IMG/VR virus record: IMGVR_UViG_3300017917_001910
Coordinates: 32,001-96,000 of that record
Direction: 5' to 3' (one strand)
Origin: a virus
Taxonomy: Duplodnaviria > Caudoviricetes
Length of the DNA stretch: 64,000 nucleotides
Made by a program: the position numbers and the translations under genes. The notes under the pieces were generated by a model. It made no database searches and was not told the origin of the DNA. It worked only from the letters and a program-made list of their open reading frames with translations. Position 1 is the stretch's first letter; each line of letters begins with the position of its first letter. This document shows, piece by piece, positions 62,868 to 64,000 of this stretch.

Positions 62868-62915
62868 AATGTGTTATCTTCTTATTTTAAATAATTATAT
62901 GTTAAGACTAATTTT

Positions 62916-63998
62916 TTATCCAATATTAAATCCTTGTGATGAATATCCAACACTATTTCTATTATTTGAATTTGGATTTGTTACTGAAATATTACCAGTT
63001 TGTCTTGGTATTGGTGATGTTACTACTGATGGATTATTTCTTATCGTGCCTGGATTAACTATTTTTATAGAAATTACTGGAGAATTATCAGGTAAGTCCG
63101 CACTACTAACACCATACCCTGCAGCAGATATTTTTGTTCCTTCAAATGAACTTCTTCTAAATGCAGTTAATGCATAATTATAATCTTGAACCTCCGCAGC
63201 TCTATAATAACTACTTGAATTATATCTTCCGATACTTGCACTTTCCGCAGTTGAATATATAGGATAAAATGTTTGTCTTGTTAATGATAATGTATTTTGT
63301 AATACAATTGTACCTGTAGGTTCAAATCTTACCATCATATCAACAACTCCAGAACCTGTAAGATATTTACTAGAACTATAGTTATATAATCCTGCTTTTT
63401 CTAATTGCTCTGTATAGTCAATGCTTGCGCTATATACTGGATATTCTCCTGTAAGAATTACATAATCATTAATATTAATTGTCTTATCATACATTGGAGT
63501 TGTAGCAACAACATCATCTAAAATAGTAAATTTACTACGCTCCAATACATTTGGTCTAATCTTAATACTATTATCTAAAGATACACGAGCTGGTAATAAT
63601 TGCTTTAATTGATCAAAGAAAGAATAATCATATACCGATAAAAGTCTTAATAGTTCCGGCATATTATTTTTATCTTTATACTTTTTCCAATACTGATATT
63701 GTACTGTTCTTAAATCAGTATAATAAGATAAGTTTTGATCTGCTGGGTCTCCAATATAATCGTCAATATCAAAATATCCTAACTGATTGTAAATATCAGA
63801 ATCTATCATGTCTTGTGGAGATAAATAAATACCTACTACATTAGTATCTTTTGGTGTTTGGTCTGATGTAGGAATTTCCGCAGTATATTCTGGATTTAAT
63901 GAACTAGTTAAAGAATTTGATACTACTCTTATTTTTGTAGAATATAAATTATCGCTCCCTAAACTAGGAGTAACTACATATGTTGTATAATCTTCTCC
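62916..63998 (-). CDS. Large baseplate wedge-like protein, C-terminal part; start lies beyond the window
   Basis: The frame stays open from 63809 to the window edge; LKQLLPARV...IRPNVLERSK. Confidence 0.6.
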   Translation of the reverse strand, partial: GEDYTTYVVTPSLGSDNLYSTKIRVVSNSLTSSLNPEYTAEIPTSDQTPKDTNVVGIYLSPQDMIDSDIYNQLGYFDIDDYIGDPADQNLSYYTDLRTVQYQYWKKYKDKNNMPELLRLLSVYDYSFFDQLKQLLPARVSLDNSIKIRPNVLERSKFTILDDVVATTPMYDKTININDYVILTGEYPVYSASIDYTEQLEKAGLYNYSSSKYLTGSGVVDMMVRFEPTGTIVLQNTLSLTRQTFYPIYSTAESASIGRYNSSSYYRAAEVQDYNYALTAFRRSSFEGTKISAAGYGVSSADLPDNSPVISIKIVNPGTIRNNPSVVTSPIPRQTGNISVTNPNSNNRNSVGYSSQGFNIG

Positions 63999-64000
63999 TC

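Overview
A 64-kb, very AT-rich segment of a large T4-like (myovirus-type) phage genome, with essentially every credible gene on the minus strand. A Bacteroidota host is inferred from TTTG-N20-TAnnTTTG-type promoters, the absence of obvious Shine-Dalgarno sites, a Bacteroidota-like GroEL and a signal peptide with Gln at +1. From left to right the window holds: a replication/recombination block (class II RNR, DnaB-like helicase, 5'-3' exonuclease, GroEL, RecA/UvsX, gp32-like SSB, short family-A polymerase); a baseplate/tape-measure/tail block; neck and fibre genes and PhoH; the head block (major capsid, scaffold, prohead protease, portal, large terminase); putative lysis genes; a two-domain nucleotidyltransferase; an Mre11-Rad50 fusion, primase and T7-endo-I-like resolvase; and further baseplate genes. 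The main findings are: (1) a helicase gene fractured at its Walker A motif by a naturally split intein broken unusually close to its N-terminus, with a free-standing Vsr-like homing endonuclease between the halves; (2) a probable +1/-2 programmed frameshift (U7 run plus hairpin) in the tail chaperone gene; (3) a structured 5' leader with twin CUAAU-loop hairpins before the scaffold/capsid genes; (4) recurring peptide tags that may target cargo proteins into the capsid; (5) two promoter classes, one implying leaderless mRNAs for replication genes. All assignments come from reading motifs by eye; no searches were run.
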